Shown here: piece after piece, positions 38,548 to 51,544 of the stretch | How positions within the stretch are numbered: the stretch's first letter is position 1 | Layout: the number at the start of each line of letters is the position of its first letter | DNA from: Octopus bimaculoides | Lineage: Eukaryota | Assembly: GCF_001194135.2 (NCBI RefSeq) | Contig: NC_068982.1 | Coordinates: 19,351,879-19,406,050 of the forward strand | Length of the DNA stretch: 54,172 bases | Reading direction: 5' to 3' | Translations under genes and position numbers: made by a program | Notes under the pieces: model-generated | Databases searched by the model: none | Seen by the model: the letters and a program-made list of their open reading frames with translations, nothing else | Told to the model about the DNA's origin: nothing

Positions 38548-39809
38548 ACCCCAAATATAATACTCCACACTATCATGAATACTTTTAATATAGATTAACC
38601 ATATGAAGAAAATCACCCAAAATTATTCAACGCTGCTTCAGGCATATTGAAATTTAAATGACATTCATAATGTGCAAATTAACTGCGATCCTCTTTTTCC
38701 TTAATATGTCGATTTTGTTCCTCCAACCTACGTTGAACGCCCTAGAGAGGCCAAGGACGCTGCTATTCATTTTTGTATTCCATGAAAAATCTCTAATATA
38801 TCAATCTTAAAATATATCAGTTGCAACAATATCCAATTGATTTTGTGACGTAAACCCAGCCTTCAATTGTTTTGTGATCAATTACATACGATAAAAATAA
38901 AAAGTTGTTCACCGAGTTCATCACGTTCGTGAGCAATAACATGAATAACATGAATTTGTAACGAGTGTGCATGTTACAAATCAGTAGTTCATATTTTGAA
39001 TATTTGATTATGCTTTCAACGTCGAATTTGCATCAGCCAGAAATATATTTGACATCTCACATTTATTAGAATTAGTTAAACGTTATATTGTACTCACTTT
39101 CGTTGATTATATGAAACCACTTTGTGAAATAGCTTATGTCAACATTATTTCTGTATTAAATCATTTGCGTAGCTTATGAAAACACACACTCTATTCTATC
39201 CCGCGGTGTCAGATATTGCACAGGTTTACTGTTTTCTTATTTATTCGGGTATTTATTTGGGTTCAGGCTGGTAAATTTTGAGGCCAAATATTTTTAGCAT
39301 TTCGTAGAATATTTTCGTTCAAATCAATGAGACAAGACATGATATGGTGGTACACAATACTCTGATAAATGTTAATTTTTTTTCATGCATATTTATGCAC
39401 CATTTCACTAATCCAGGTCATTCAAAATTACTGCAAACATACAACTAGAAGCACAGAATTTTGAAGATAAAGCATTGCGTTATTCGGTTCCTTCTTAACT
39501 ACCACCTTCCACTCATAAAATTGTAGTCATGATTTATCGAAAGGTTTTATACGTGATCAATTCTGCACAACAATGCGCAAGTGAAACAGAGTTTCACTGT
39601 AACCATCCCAGATTAGTTATCCACTAATGCATTCCCTAATGTCGCAAATGCTTTTCAACACGGTAGGAGAGTGATTCATAAGAAAATGGGAAGCAGTTTA
39701 AATAAGCTCGGACTGTGTGTGTGTGTGTGTGTGTTCTCATAGACGTACATTTATGGAAGTGTGTGCGTATACCGACGGCAAATTCTAATTCGCCCTGTCG
39801 AATTTAATA

Positions 39810-39920
39810 TTCATTTTTGCTAGCTGATTGGACTGGAGCAATGTAGCATATAGTACAATGCTTAACAGGCGAATATCTTCTTGACCGAGATTAGTATCCG
39901 CGGTTTTGTTACTGGAGCAT
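39810..39920 (-). mobile_element. Degraded CORE-like (family D) remnant
   Basis: TTTTTGCTAGCTGATTGGACTGGAGCAATGT resembles 31160-31190. Confidence 0.45.
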
Positions 39921-40088
39921 AGTTGACAATTGGGTCACACACTATATGTTACGATGTTCACATACAATTTCTGGCATTAAATATATAATCTAAATTGTAT
40001 TTATCCATACTTGCATAAGTGCATGATGGAATACATGTATATGTTTCACTCTCTCTATATATTTTAGATATACGATATTCAGCCTTAA

Positions 40089-40100
40089 ATAATAATAATG

Positions 40101-40145
<45 letters not shown>

Positions 40146-40420
40146 GTAATAATAATAATAATAAAAGTAATAATAATAATAATAATAATAACAATACTAC
40201 TAATAATAATAATAATAATAGTTTTTCTTGGTGAAAGCACAAGGCCAGAAATTTGGGTGAAGTGGACTAGTCGACTATATCGACCTCAATGTTTCACTGG
40301 TACTTAATTTATCGACCGCGTCAGGCATGAAAGGCAAAGTTGTCCCCAGTAGCATTTGAGGTCAGAACCTGAAGACGAACGAAGTGCTGTTAAGCATCTT
40401 GGTCAGCGTGCTAACGATCA
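40089..40420 (-). mobile_element. SINE family B with a long (AAT)n tail (40089-40220)
   Basis: GCACAAGGCCAGAAATTT..TAGTCGACTATATCGAC..CTGGTACTTAATTTATCGACC..ATGAAAGGCAAAGT..GCGTGCTAACGAT. Confidence 0.85.
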
Positions 40421-42122
40421 ATCACATAATGATAATAAAAAAGACATTGACTGCGAGATCAATTGTTATANNNNNNNNNNNNNNNNNNNNNNNNNNNNNN
40501 NNNNNNNNNNNNNNNNNNNNNNNNNNNNNNNNNNNNNNNNNNNNNNNNNNNNNNNNNNNNNNNNNNNNNNNNNNNNNNNNNNNNNNNNNNNNNNNNNNNN
40601 NNNNNNNNNNNNNNNNNNNNNNNNNNNNNNNNNNNNNNNNNNNNNNNNNNNNNNNNNNNNNNNNNNNNNNNNNNNNNNNNNNNNNNNNNNNNNNNNNNNN
40701 NNNNNNNNNNNNNNNNNNNNNNNNNNNNNNNNNNNNNNNNNNNNNNNNNNNNNNNNNNNNNNNNNNNNNNNNNNNNNNNNNNNNNNNNNNNNNNNNNNNN
40801 NNNNNNNNNNNNNNNNNNNNNNNNNNNNNNNNNNNNNNNNNNNNNNNNNNNNNNNNNNNNNNNNNNNNNNNNNNNNNNNNNNNNNNNNNNNNNNNNNNNN
40901 NNNNNNNNNNNNNNNNNNNNNNNNNNNNNNNNNNNNNNNNNNNNNNNNNNNNNNNNNNNNNNNNNNNNNNNNNNNNNNNNNNNNNNNNNNNNNNNNNNNN
41001 NNNNNNNNNNNNNNNNNNNNNNNNNNNNNNNNNNNNNNNNNNNNNNNNNNNNNNNNNNNNNNNNNNNNNNNNNNNNNNNNNNNNNNNNNNNNNNNNNNNN
41101 NNNNNNNNNNNNNNNNNNNNNNNNNNNNNNNNNNNNNNNNNNNNNNNNNNNNNNNNNNNNNNNNNNNNNNNNNNNNNNNNNNNNNNNNNNNNNNNNNNNN
41201 NNNNNNNNNNNNNNNNNNNNNNNNNNNNNNNNNNNNNNNNNNNNNNNNNNNNNNNNNNNNNNNNNNNNNNNNNNNNNNNNNNNNNNNNNNNNNNNNNNNN
41301 NNNNNNNNNNNNNNNNNNNNNNNNNNNNNNNNNNNNNNNNNNNNNNNNNNNNNNNNNNNNNNNNNNNNNNNNNNNNNNNNNNNNNNNNNNNNNNNNNACC
41401 ATTGAACAAGAGTTCGTATTATTACTGGATTCAATTGGTCAGCCCAAGACAAATCTATTATACAAATATGTGCTCTGAAAAATAAGAAGCGATTATATGA
41501 GACGTTCATGAGCACAGCTATAATAATTTCTTTCTATCCACCTATCAATGTAGCTATCTATATTCTTTTATGATTTATGCGTATCTGTCTCTATACGTGT
41601 GCATCATTAAATGTATATAGCATGTTAAGTGATTATTCGCAATCTATATATGAGCTGTATATATTAATAGCATTTTTTACAAAAGTAGCATTAAATGTAC
41701 GCTCATTTTAAATATGTTCTTTTCGTGTTGTGATACGGTTTATTTAAACCTAGCTAATACATCAGACTTTATAATTCTTTTGATCATGGTTCTCTAATTT
41801 CAATTTCCCTTGCTTCCTTTCCATCAGTCTTATTTTGTGTGGTTACATTAGAACAGCTAAAACATTCAATTCGCACCTGTATTTGTCATATAAACTTTCT
41901 CATCTTACAAACATTATTCTACATTGTGGATGATAATCAAAAACTTTTCGGAAATATTATTTGATGACATGAAATCACGGAACTTTATTGAGTTATTACA
42001 TGGGTATTAAAACAAGATTGCATAATTCTGCATAACTATGCTACAAATTTATGTACAAAGCATTTAATCGTAATTACTTGTTGAACATTTTACAGTTATT
42101 ACATTTCTAATAATTTTAACGA

Positions 42123-42123
<1 letters not shown>

Positions 42124-42186
<63 letters not shown>
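42124..42186. repeat. Pure (AAT)n tract
   Basis: Seen directly. Confidence 0.97.
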
Positions 42187-42187
<1 letters not shown>

Positions 42188-44344
42188 ATGTTGAGTTGTG
42201 CAGACATGTTTCCAGTTGCTCAAGGCTCCAGGTTTTATCAAGAGCAACAACAAGAAATTACAACTTCTTCGAATTTATTCAATACAAGTAATTTCGTAGA
42301 ACAAACTCCACGGGGACCAGATTAAGATGCGAAGGATTACATTTTGACTCTTGAAAAAAAACAAAAACATATGTCGTTGAAATAGGATTCACGGAATAGT
42401 GATGAACTGGTATAGAAAGTGTTCGTTGAAAGAAACGTAAGATGAAAAGGAATTCTGCACCAAACAATAAATAATTAATTAAATAAATAAATAAATAAGC
42501 ATGAAAAGCTTACACGAATCTTGAACAAGGTACAGGTTGTATACAGAAAATTATAATGACATTTGTATTGACAATGGCAGAAGTACGAACTACTGTTGCG
42601 ATCTTTGCTGGTAACAAGTGTAACGAAATCAACATTCACAAGAAAAGATACACATTTACAAAACAGAAACATTGCAACTCATGCAATGTATGTGAATAGC
42701 AGTGCAAACGAACTTTGTTAACATTATCAGCGATCTGTACATTCTGAACAGGGAACGAATCCAATATGATATAGAGGATAAAAATTGTCGGATTCAAAAA
42801 ATATCTTTTTCCAGGGATTTTATCAAAGAATTGGCAAGCCAAAGGATATTCTTTATATCACACGAAATTCGGACAGTTGGTCAGTGTAACCGCAAATGGG
42901 TTGCTACAGCAACCAATTTCTGCTGTCCACCAATCTGAAGAAGGGATTATGACAGATTTTCTCTCTGCTGTAAAACCGAGATGCATTCGAAGTAAGAATC
43001 AGTTGCAGAACAACATATTTCACCACGAACCGAAAAGCAGACTGAATATAGAGGTCGCCTAGTGGATAGGTTAATAGTGAAATGTATATCAATAGACGGC
43101 TACCATACGTAAGTGATGTTTTAACAGGACGTGAACCATTTCCAACCCATATTAACACTCGAATTGCATGTGAGCTTGTTTGCTGCAAAGAATGTTAGCG
43201 ACAGAGGAACAGAGGAATACATGGATTGCTGTATCATGAAGATTAATAATGATTTTGTATCACTTTGAGAACTTGTTTTACTTGGAGAATATTGCATATT
43301 AACCACACGGTTTTAGTGTGCTCATTCAACGCACACAGGTCGAGAATTTAGTAGAGTGGCTGAAAGAAATGAAATGTGGATACGTTATTGCTAATTTTTA
43401 GCAAAACTATTAAATTAGAGATAAGACGATGGTGAACATCAAATTGGCGATGCTCGCATTGGAAAAGATTTTTTAGATAAAACTTGTCAATGTATATAAA
43501 AATAGATATTGATTAGGATAGGTGGTTAGAAATGAAATTATCAACCAAGTGTCTTTGAAAGGAAACACGAAAATTGTATTGCCGAAGGTTGAAAAGGTGG
43601 ATCATAGCCACAAAGTTTCGATGGCCATTCGGTATGTATGAATGTTTGTTATCACGAAAAAAAAAAAATTAACGGGGAGTATATAAGATGATATAAAGCT
43701 TGATGTTCAGTGTTTGAAATATGAACGACCGGGTCAAGTTTGGAAGTCTGTTAAGTTTAGATACTCAAGATAATATTTTGTCTGCAAAAAAGCAAAAAAA
43801 AAGCAATATGAATTTAACGAGATATTTTCCGATTGTGAAGACCCCCAACTAATTTCAAACTTCAACACTATTCAAACGTATTTTCGTTGCCATCATCTGG
43901 CCAAAGCTATGTTTTTAGTTAACTCTCGTGGGAAGATGGATTTTTCTCTTGTATGATGTAGGCATGGCATTATATTTTCAAACAATACTCAAGGGAAGGC
44001 TTATAATTTAGCTACATACCAGAGATTATTATTTCGTTGATAAACAACAAGTCTGTAAATCTCGTTGGTATTCTTTCATTAAAGCCATTAAAGAAAGCGT
44101 GGTGAATATAATTGTCCATGTCCACTGTGGATTGGTAGACGTTTAATTAATTAGTTTGTATAATCTGAAGGAGGTCGGACACTCTCCCACAATGCAGGTT
44201 TGAGGTCAATTAAACATCAACATAGCATAATGTTTAATGGTTTACATTTCTGATGATAATATATGTTACATAAATGAAGTTTTTGGTATTCATACGTATA
44301 TAACACTGAAATACACGTAATCAATTGGAAATACATAAATGTAG

Positions 44345-44730
44345 ATATTTGTTAAGACGCTTGCTTCCCAAATACATGGTTCCGGGTTCAGTCCCACTGC
44401 GTGGCACCATGGGAGAGTCTCCTCTACTATTGCTTCGAACCGGACAGATCCTTGTGAGTTGGTTTAGTAGATGGAGACTGAAAAATCTCGCCATACATAT
44501 GCATAAATATGTGTGTGTCAGTGTTTGTCTCCAATCACGACTTGACAGCTGATGCTTGTGTTTTTACATCTCCATAACTTAGCGATTCGACAAAATTGAC
44601 TGAGAGAATAAGTACCAGACTTATAAAAACCAAGTAATGGGGTTGATACATTCGGCTGAAAATTCTCCAAGGCGGTGTCACAGCATGGCCGCAGTCTAAT
44701 GACTGAAACAAGTAGAAGATAAAAGACAAA
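44345..44730 (+). mobile_element. SINE family A, full length, diverged
   Basis: GCTTGCTTCCCAAATACATGGTTCCGGGTTCAGTCCCACTGCGTGGCACC..CAGCATGGCCGCAGTCTAATGACTGAAACAAGTA. Confidence 0.9.
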
Positions 44731-45321
44731 ACATACATACATATTCGTACACGTATATATATATATATATATATATNNNNNNNNNNNNNNNNNNNNNNNN
44801 NNNNNNNNNNNNNNNNNNNNNNNNNNNNNNNNNNNNNNNNNNNNNNNNNNNNNNNNNNNNNNNNNNNNNNNNNNNNNNNNNNNNNNNNNNNNNNNNNNNN
44901 NNNNNNNNNNNNNNNNNNNNNNNNNNNNNNNNNNNNNNNNNNNNNNNNNNNNNNNNNNNNNNNNNNNNNNNNNNNNNNNNNNNNNNNNNNNNNNNNNNNN
45001 NNNNNNNNNNNNNNNNNNNNNNNNNNNNNNNNNNNNNNNNNNNNNNNNNNNNNNNNNNNNNNNNNNNNNNNNNNNNNNNNNNNNNNNNNNNNNNNNNNNN
45101 NNNNNNNNNNNNNNNNNNNNNNNNNNNNNNNNNNNNNNNNNNNNNNNNNNNNNNNNNNNNNNNNNNNNNNNNNNNNNNNNNNNNNNNNNNNNNNNNNNNN
45201 NNNNNNNNNNNNNNNNNNNNNNNNNNNNNNNNNNNNNNNNNNNNNNNNNNNNNNNNNNNNNNNNNNNNNNNNNNNNNNNNNNNNNNNNNNNNNNNNNNNN
45301 NNNNNNNNNNNNNNNNNNNNN

Positions 45322-45353
<32 letters not shown>

Positions 45354-45354
45354 G

Positions 45355-45388
<34 letters not shown>

Positions 45389-45699
45389 AATATGCATTTA
45401 CATATATACATCATTTTTTTCTGTGTATGATTCTGTGAGTAAGAGCATGCTGGTGTGTGTTGAAATAAGGAGAGTGTAATTAACCGAAGATGACAGAACT
45501 TCACACAGACATGTCCTCAAATTCTAATTACACGGAGACTGTCAGATGGACTGAAAATAGAATTCGGTGCATCTTGAATCACACATTACTTTATATGTAT
45601 TTTATAGGTATTTGAAATAAACCGCTGAATGAGTCGAGCATGTTTTCATCTGGCACAAGACCGCTTGGAACGTTCATGATGGTTTCTTTTTCCTACAGC

Positions 45700-46145
45700 A
45701 AGGGCATAATCTGTATTTATTAAGTTCTCTCTAGGTAGACGTTCAACAAAGAAGAGATTTCGTCGCAAAAGTCTAGAGTTCTTTCAATCTAGTGGCATCT
45801 GCATCAAGACAATGTACCTGTCCCCTATTCCATCGTGGTGACCAATCACATCACATAATGGACATCAAGACTCTCCCGCATACGCCCTACATCTCAGACC
45901 TTGATCCTTGTAATTTTTGGTCGCTTCCCATACGGAAGAAGAATATTGAAAGGGGATGTGACATGGGTCCGAGATCCCTTCACTAACGAGAACTTTCATT
46001 TGGCCTTCAGGGAATCCACTGAGTGCTACAACAAACGCATTGAAGTCAGAAGAATATACTTTGAAGGAAATGAGAGTTTTGTACGTCTTACAAATAAAAA
46101 AAAGACATGTCTCTTCTGAAATATGGAATACACCTTGTCTATATG
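45700..46145 (+). pseudogene. Tc1/mariner (D,D34D) transposase C-terminal remnant
   Basis: WHLHQDN (from 45793), IKTLPHTPYISDLDPCNFW (cf. PYSPDLAPCDFW), ENFHLAF..ECYNKRIE..YFEG. Allowing one 1-nt deletion, 34 residues separate the QDN aspartate from the third-triad position, which is mutated D to N. Confidence 0.92.
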
Positions 46146-47065
46146 GCTTTATATGTATTTCAGTAAATGCGTCTAAAGCGAAATAAAAAAAACAAACAAA
46201 CTGACATTCTATATTTCCTAAATAGCAGCGTATAATGTATATATTATTGTTTTCATAAAGAAACCTATTTAAGTGTAATATTGGATTAAGAGTATACACA
46301 GTTTATCTGTTTGCATTGAGATTCTGAAATCAAAATACAGCAGAATGGAACATTATCTATTTTGTATTTCATCAATCTTCTCGATGGATGCTTTTGCACC
46401 GATCCCCCAACCCCTACACATATATATGCCTTCAAATACGCATCCACACGCATATGTGTGCGTATATGGCTAAACATACATAANNNNNNNNNNNNNNNNN
46501 NNNNNNNNNNNNNNNNNNNNNNNNNNNNNNNNNNNNNNNNNNNNNNNNNNNNNNNNNNNNNNNNNNNNNNNNNNNNNNNNNNNNNNNNNNNNNNNNNNNN
46601 NNNNNNNNNNNNNNNNNNNNNNNNNNNNNNNNNNNNNNNNNNNNNNNACATTATATAGATATATATAATATGGATGGGTTCTTGAAACTTGGTTCTTTTC
46701 CCTAAAACTATATATTTTTATATTTATATATATATATAGAGAGAGAGAGAGAAGTTAGTGTACGTATATTTCTGTGTTTGTTAGAATATGGGCGCATATT
46801 TGCTTATTGTTCACCAGATTTTTCGTCGACTGTAGTCATGGATTATCGCTTTGGCTCAGGCTAAAATCAGTCTGCTCCTGAGTTTAGAAAATCCCTTTCT
46901 ATTAGTCTAGATTTTCTATGAAATATACGTCACTTTTCCTTATTATTTATGCATAAATGTTACAAGCACGTGGATTATAAGATCACTCACTTCCCCTACT
47001 CAATCTTTCACTCTTTTTCCCTCTACATTTGTCTCTTTCTTCTCTCTCTATGTGTCTGCGTGTCC

Positions 47066-47066
<1 letters not shown>

Positions 47067-47154
<88 letters not shown>
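47067..47154. repeat. Long (TG)n tract
   Basis: Seen directly. Confidence 0.97.
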
Positions 47155-47158
<4 letters not shown>

Positions 47159-47745
47159 CGTGTGTGCGTGCGTCTGTGTGATGTATACTTTCATTTTTAT
47201 TATTTTCATGATCTATATCTAACCTTTCCAAATGTATTAACTATATCAATTCCTAGCTGTTGCTGCTAATGGTTATGCTGATGCAGTTTTGTCGTTGCTG
47301 TTGTTGTTGTTGTTACAGTTACTTTAACGTGGATGCCACTGGAATCAATCGACTATGGGCGTTTCGCATGTTAAGTTCATTGAAAACAGGAAACTCGTAG
47401 GCTGGCACGTAAGATATCCGGAGCTGTCTTCCCGATGGAATATATTGACGGAACTGCATTGGTTATACCATGTCAAGGCTCTATTCGTGGAATTATTGAT
47501 CTATTGATCTATTGATTTTAGCAGTCAACCAAACTTATGTGCTACTAATTCTGCAAAAAAAAAAGAATAACAAAGAAAAATGCAAATGTTATTTGAGTTA
47601 TAACTGTATCACGTTCATAAGTTGAAAGCATTTCTAAAAGATTATTTAGTAGCTACTGTACCCTCAGATTTCAGAATCTTTTCCATTCTTCTTTCTCTTT
47701 TCTACTATCTCTCTTCCTCAGTTACTTTCTCGTGTGCGAATACAC

Positions 47746-47777
<32 letters not shown>

Positions 47778-48701
47778 GCGCGCTCAGACACATAATCATT
47801 GCCAGTTGTTTACACTTACATGTACTTTCATGTATTCACTCTGTCATTCATTGCAAGGTTACTCGCAAAGTTAAAAGAAATAAAGCAATGGTAACAGAAA
47901 ACGTTTTTATCAGAAATACGAATTCTTGTATAAAATACTTCATCTCCAGTAATGCAGTTAAGCCTTAGATTGCTATTATTTCTTTCTTTATGTATCTTCA
48001 TAGATTTCAACAAACTTTTCTTTAGAAAATATCAATGAATCTCATAAAATAATATTTCATGTAAATGACAGTTTTTACCACTCTAATATACATTACGTTT
48101 CCGTACTTGCACGTTTACATTTTGGGATGAATTCTATTTTCGTACGACAAAATCTATATATATATATATATATATNNNNNNNNNNNNNNNNNNNNNNNNN
48201 NNNNNNNNNNNNNNNNNNNNNNNNNNNNNNNNNNNNNNNNNNNNNNNNNNNNNNNNNNNNNNNNNNNNNNNNNNNNNNNNNNNNNNNNNNNNNNNNNNNN
48301 NNNNNNNNNNNNNNNNNNNNNNNNNNNNNNNNNNNNNNNNNNNNNNNNNNNNNNNNNNNNNNNNNNNNNNNNNNNNNNNNNNNNNNNNNNNNNNNNNNNN
48401 NNNNNNNNNNNNNNNNNNNNNNNNNNNNNNNNNNNNNNNNNNNNNNNNNNNNNNNNNNNNNNNNNNNNNNNNNNNNNNNNNNNNNNNNNNNNNNNNNNNN
48501 NNNNNNNNNNNNNNNNNNNNNNNNNNNNNNNNNNNNNNNNNNNNNNNNNNNNNNNNNNNNNNNNNNNNNNNNNNNNNNNNNNNNNNNNNNNNNNNNNNNN
48601 NNNNNNNNNNNNNNNNNNNNNNNNNNNNNNNNNNNNNNNNNNNNNNNNNNNNNNNNNNNNNNNNNNNNNNNNNNNNNNNNNNNNNNNNNNNNNNNNNNNN
48701 N

Positions 48702-49155
48702 GGGGTTTGCCTTTATGTTCCCGTAACATAACGGTTCAGTAAAAGCGTCAATAATATATGTATAACAACTAAACAATAAGGACTAGGGTCGATGTTTGCG
48801 TCTAAAACTGAGTGGCACAATGGGCAGGTGTCCCCTGCTTTAACTTCGGGCCAACCGCATCCTTGAAAGTGGATTTGGTTAACGAAAACTGAAAGAAGTC
48901 GCTCGTATATGCATATATATGTGCATGTGTGTATGTGTCCGTGTTTCTGAGCATGTGTGTGTGTGTGTGTGTGTGTGTGCACCGATGCATGTGTGTGTAA
49001 GTCTTTGTGCAACTGTTTGACCCCACCAAAAGAGAGTGGTAAAATAAGTACCAGATTTTGAAGAAAGGAGTGGTGGGTCGATTCATTCGATAAAAGTCTT
49101 TCTAGTCAGTGCCCCAGCATGGTCGCAGTTTGATGACTAGATCAAGAAAAGATAA
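48702..49155 (+). mobile_element. Two family A remnants: 3' piece 48702-48808, then a 5'-truncated copy 48810-49155
   Basis: TTCCCGTAAC..ACGGTTC..AATAAGGACTAGGGTCGAT; then GTGGCACAATGGGCAGGTGTC..AACTGAAAGAAG..CCAGCATGGTCGCAGT. Confidence 0.75.
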
Positions 49156-50221
49156 TATATATATAGATGTATATATAGATACATACATTCCGAAATGCAT
49201 ATACTTATGCGAACGTAAATATATATATNNNNNNNNNNATATACATATGCATATATATGTATGTATGTGTGTGTGCGTGTATGCCGTTTGTATACACATT
49301 CACTTACGACTATATCATCTTAATGCATCATACATTAATTTCATTGTATATATTTCCAGTGGCCTTTTGTTATTTATTCATTCTTTGTATCTTAATTCAT
49401 AAGCACTTTTCCGCTTATTTAGCCTAATTGCTTGAGTAAATATTCCTCTCATATGATTCTATGTACCAATTAGCTTTAATATCTTTGAGATATAAGCAAC
49501 ATAAAACAAGATAAATAATTAAAGAAAAATGGAATGACTTTTTCATTGCAATACGTGAAATGTATGATGTAGTTACTCTTTCAGAAATATTTTGCTATCT
49601 TAGGAAAATATTTATTTGTATGTTGTATTTTTTTAACGATCCAGTCCATTGACGATTAAGACAACTTTAAACAACTCTGCAAATGGCAACATGTTGTTGC
49701 ATTCATAAGTATGTATTTACTGCCAGCATGTGTTCTTTTCAAGTTTAAACTGTAAATGATGGCAAGACATATTATCTTTTAAAAAAACTGGAGCTATGTA
49801 TGACAGCATGATTGATATTTCCCTTGAATCAGTTCCATATTTATGAAAATAAATACAGTTCATAAAGGGTAGGAAAGATTTGTAATTGAAAAGAAGAGCA
49901 TTCATCAAAATTTAATTTCCTGGTAGCCATTTTAGTGAGTCATAAGTAGAGACTGATCAAGATTTCAATCCAGAACTCAAACTAAGGAAATTAAATAATG
50001 CAAATAATATTGCCCAGATCTTACCATTCGAAACACTTGTCGGTATTATTTAACTCTTGATCATTAAATGGTATTGGTTTTAATAGCAATAGGAACCATA
50101 AAAGGAAGAAGTAGTACAATTCAATAGAAAGTGTATCGCAACTTTGTCGAGCTGTCTCTTAGAATGGACTGCCTAATGACATCAACAGCAGGAAGAATCA
50201 CAACAACAACAATTATAATAA

Positions 50222-50990
50222 TGCTTTCTATAATAAGGACAAGGCCTGAAATTTTGAAGGGAGAGGAATAGTCGATTACATCGACTCCAGTACTCAACTG
50301 GTACTTAATTTATCGACCCCACAAGGATGAAAGTTAAAGTCGACCTTGGCGGAATTTCAACTCAGGACGTAGCGCCAGACGAAATTACCACTAAGCATTT
50401 CGCCCGGCATTCTAACTATTCAACCAGCTCGCTGCAACAACAACAGCAACAACAACAACAATCATAATAATAATAATAATTTCTACTATAGGCACAAGGA
50501 CTCAAATTTGTGGGAAAGGGATTCGTCGATCACATCTACCCCAGTGCATAACTGGTACTTAATTTATCGGCCCCCAAAAGGATGAAAGGCAAAGTCGACC
50601 TCGACAGAATTTGAAGTTAGAACGTAGCGACGGGCGAAATACCACTAAGCGTTTCGTCAGGCGTGCTAACGATTCTGCTAGATCGCAGTCTTAATAATAA
50701 TAATAATAATAATAANNNNNNNNNNCTAAGCGTTTCGTCAAGCGTGCTAACGATTCTGCTAGATCGCAGTTTTAATAATAATAATAATAATAATAATAAT
50801 AGTAATAATAATAATAATAATAATAGTGATAAATCTTTAAAATTTTAGGCAGATTCTAGTAGTTTTGAGGGGAAATGGTTTTCGATTACATCGACTCCCG
50901 TCATCCCCCAATTTGACGGATATTTCTGGGATGAATGGCAGACAACAACAGTGGAACAGCACAAGATATTTCGCCCGACGCGCTAACAAG
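50222..50990 (-). mobile_element. Cluster of three co-oriented family B SINEs (about 50222-50435, 50478-50692, 50845-50990) plus a gap-flank duplicate
   Basis: First two copies are well preserved (GTCGACCTTGGCGGAATTT..CAGCTCGCTGC; CTACTATAGGCACAAGG..GGCAAAGTCGACCTCG); separated by (AAC)n/(AAT)n. Confidence 0.9.
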
Positions 50991-51091
50991 TCTCAACACA
51001 ATGTTATAATAGTAAAGAGGATGATGACGATGATGATGATGATGAATGACGGCAACAAAATACATATTTATTCTGTCAATACAGAACAGAC

Positions 51092-51454
51092 GTGGAAGCG
51101 CAATGGCCCAGTGGTTAGGGCAGCGAACTCACGGTTTCGATTCCCAGACCAGGTGTTGTGAGTGTTTATTGAGCGAAAACACCTAAAGTTCCACGAGACT
51201 CCGGCAGGGGGTTGTGGCGAACCCTGCTGTACTCTTTCACCACAACTTTCTGTCACTCTTACTTCCTGTTTCTGTTGCACCTGTATTTCAAAGGGCCAGT
51301 CTTGTCACGCTGAATATCCCCGAGAACCACGTTAAGGGTACACGTGCCTGTGAAGTGCTCAGCCACTTGCACGTTAATTTCACGAACAGGCTGTTCCGTT
51401 GATCGGATCAACTGGAACCTTCGTCGCGGTAACCGACGGAGTGCCAATGACAAC
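51092..51454 (+). mobile_element. SINE family C, full length, perfect 11-bp TSD
   Basis: Colinear with 27883-28269 apart from two short internal deletions; TSD ACAGAACAGAC at 51081-51091 and 51455-51465. Confidence 0.95.
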
Positions 51455-51544
51455 ACAGAACAGACCTATGATGAGAGGTTTGTTCTTCACCTTCCTTTTA
51501 TGTAACAATACCTAAGAATTTGTTGGTTAACATGTACGTTATAG

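Larger units (their letters stand above)
6614..50725. other. Thirteen assembly gaps (N runs)
   Basis: 6614-7145, 8299-8631, 12575-12584, 13532-13622, 30000-30070, 34657-34666, 36024-36171, 40471-41397, 44777-45321, 46484-46647, 48176-48701, 49229-49238, 50716-50725. Most abut microsatellites. Confidence 1.

Noticed and set aside
42650-42990. Possible plus-strand GIY-YIG remnant plus CTGAAGAAGGG..CCGAGATGCAT hammerhead-like string
   Set aside because: Needs several frameshifts; GAAA is GAGA, the stem II loop is about 35 nt, and there is no stem I complementarity.
47425-47465. PMEYIDGTAL resembling kinase subdomain V
   Set aside because: It lies downstream of the subdomain VIII-like peptide (wrong order) and beyond two in-frame stops.
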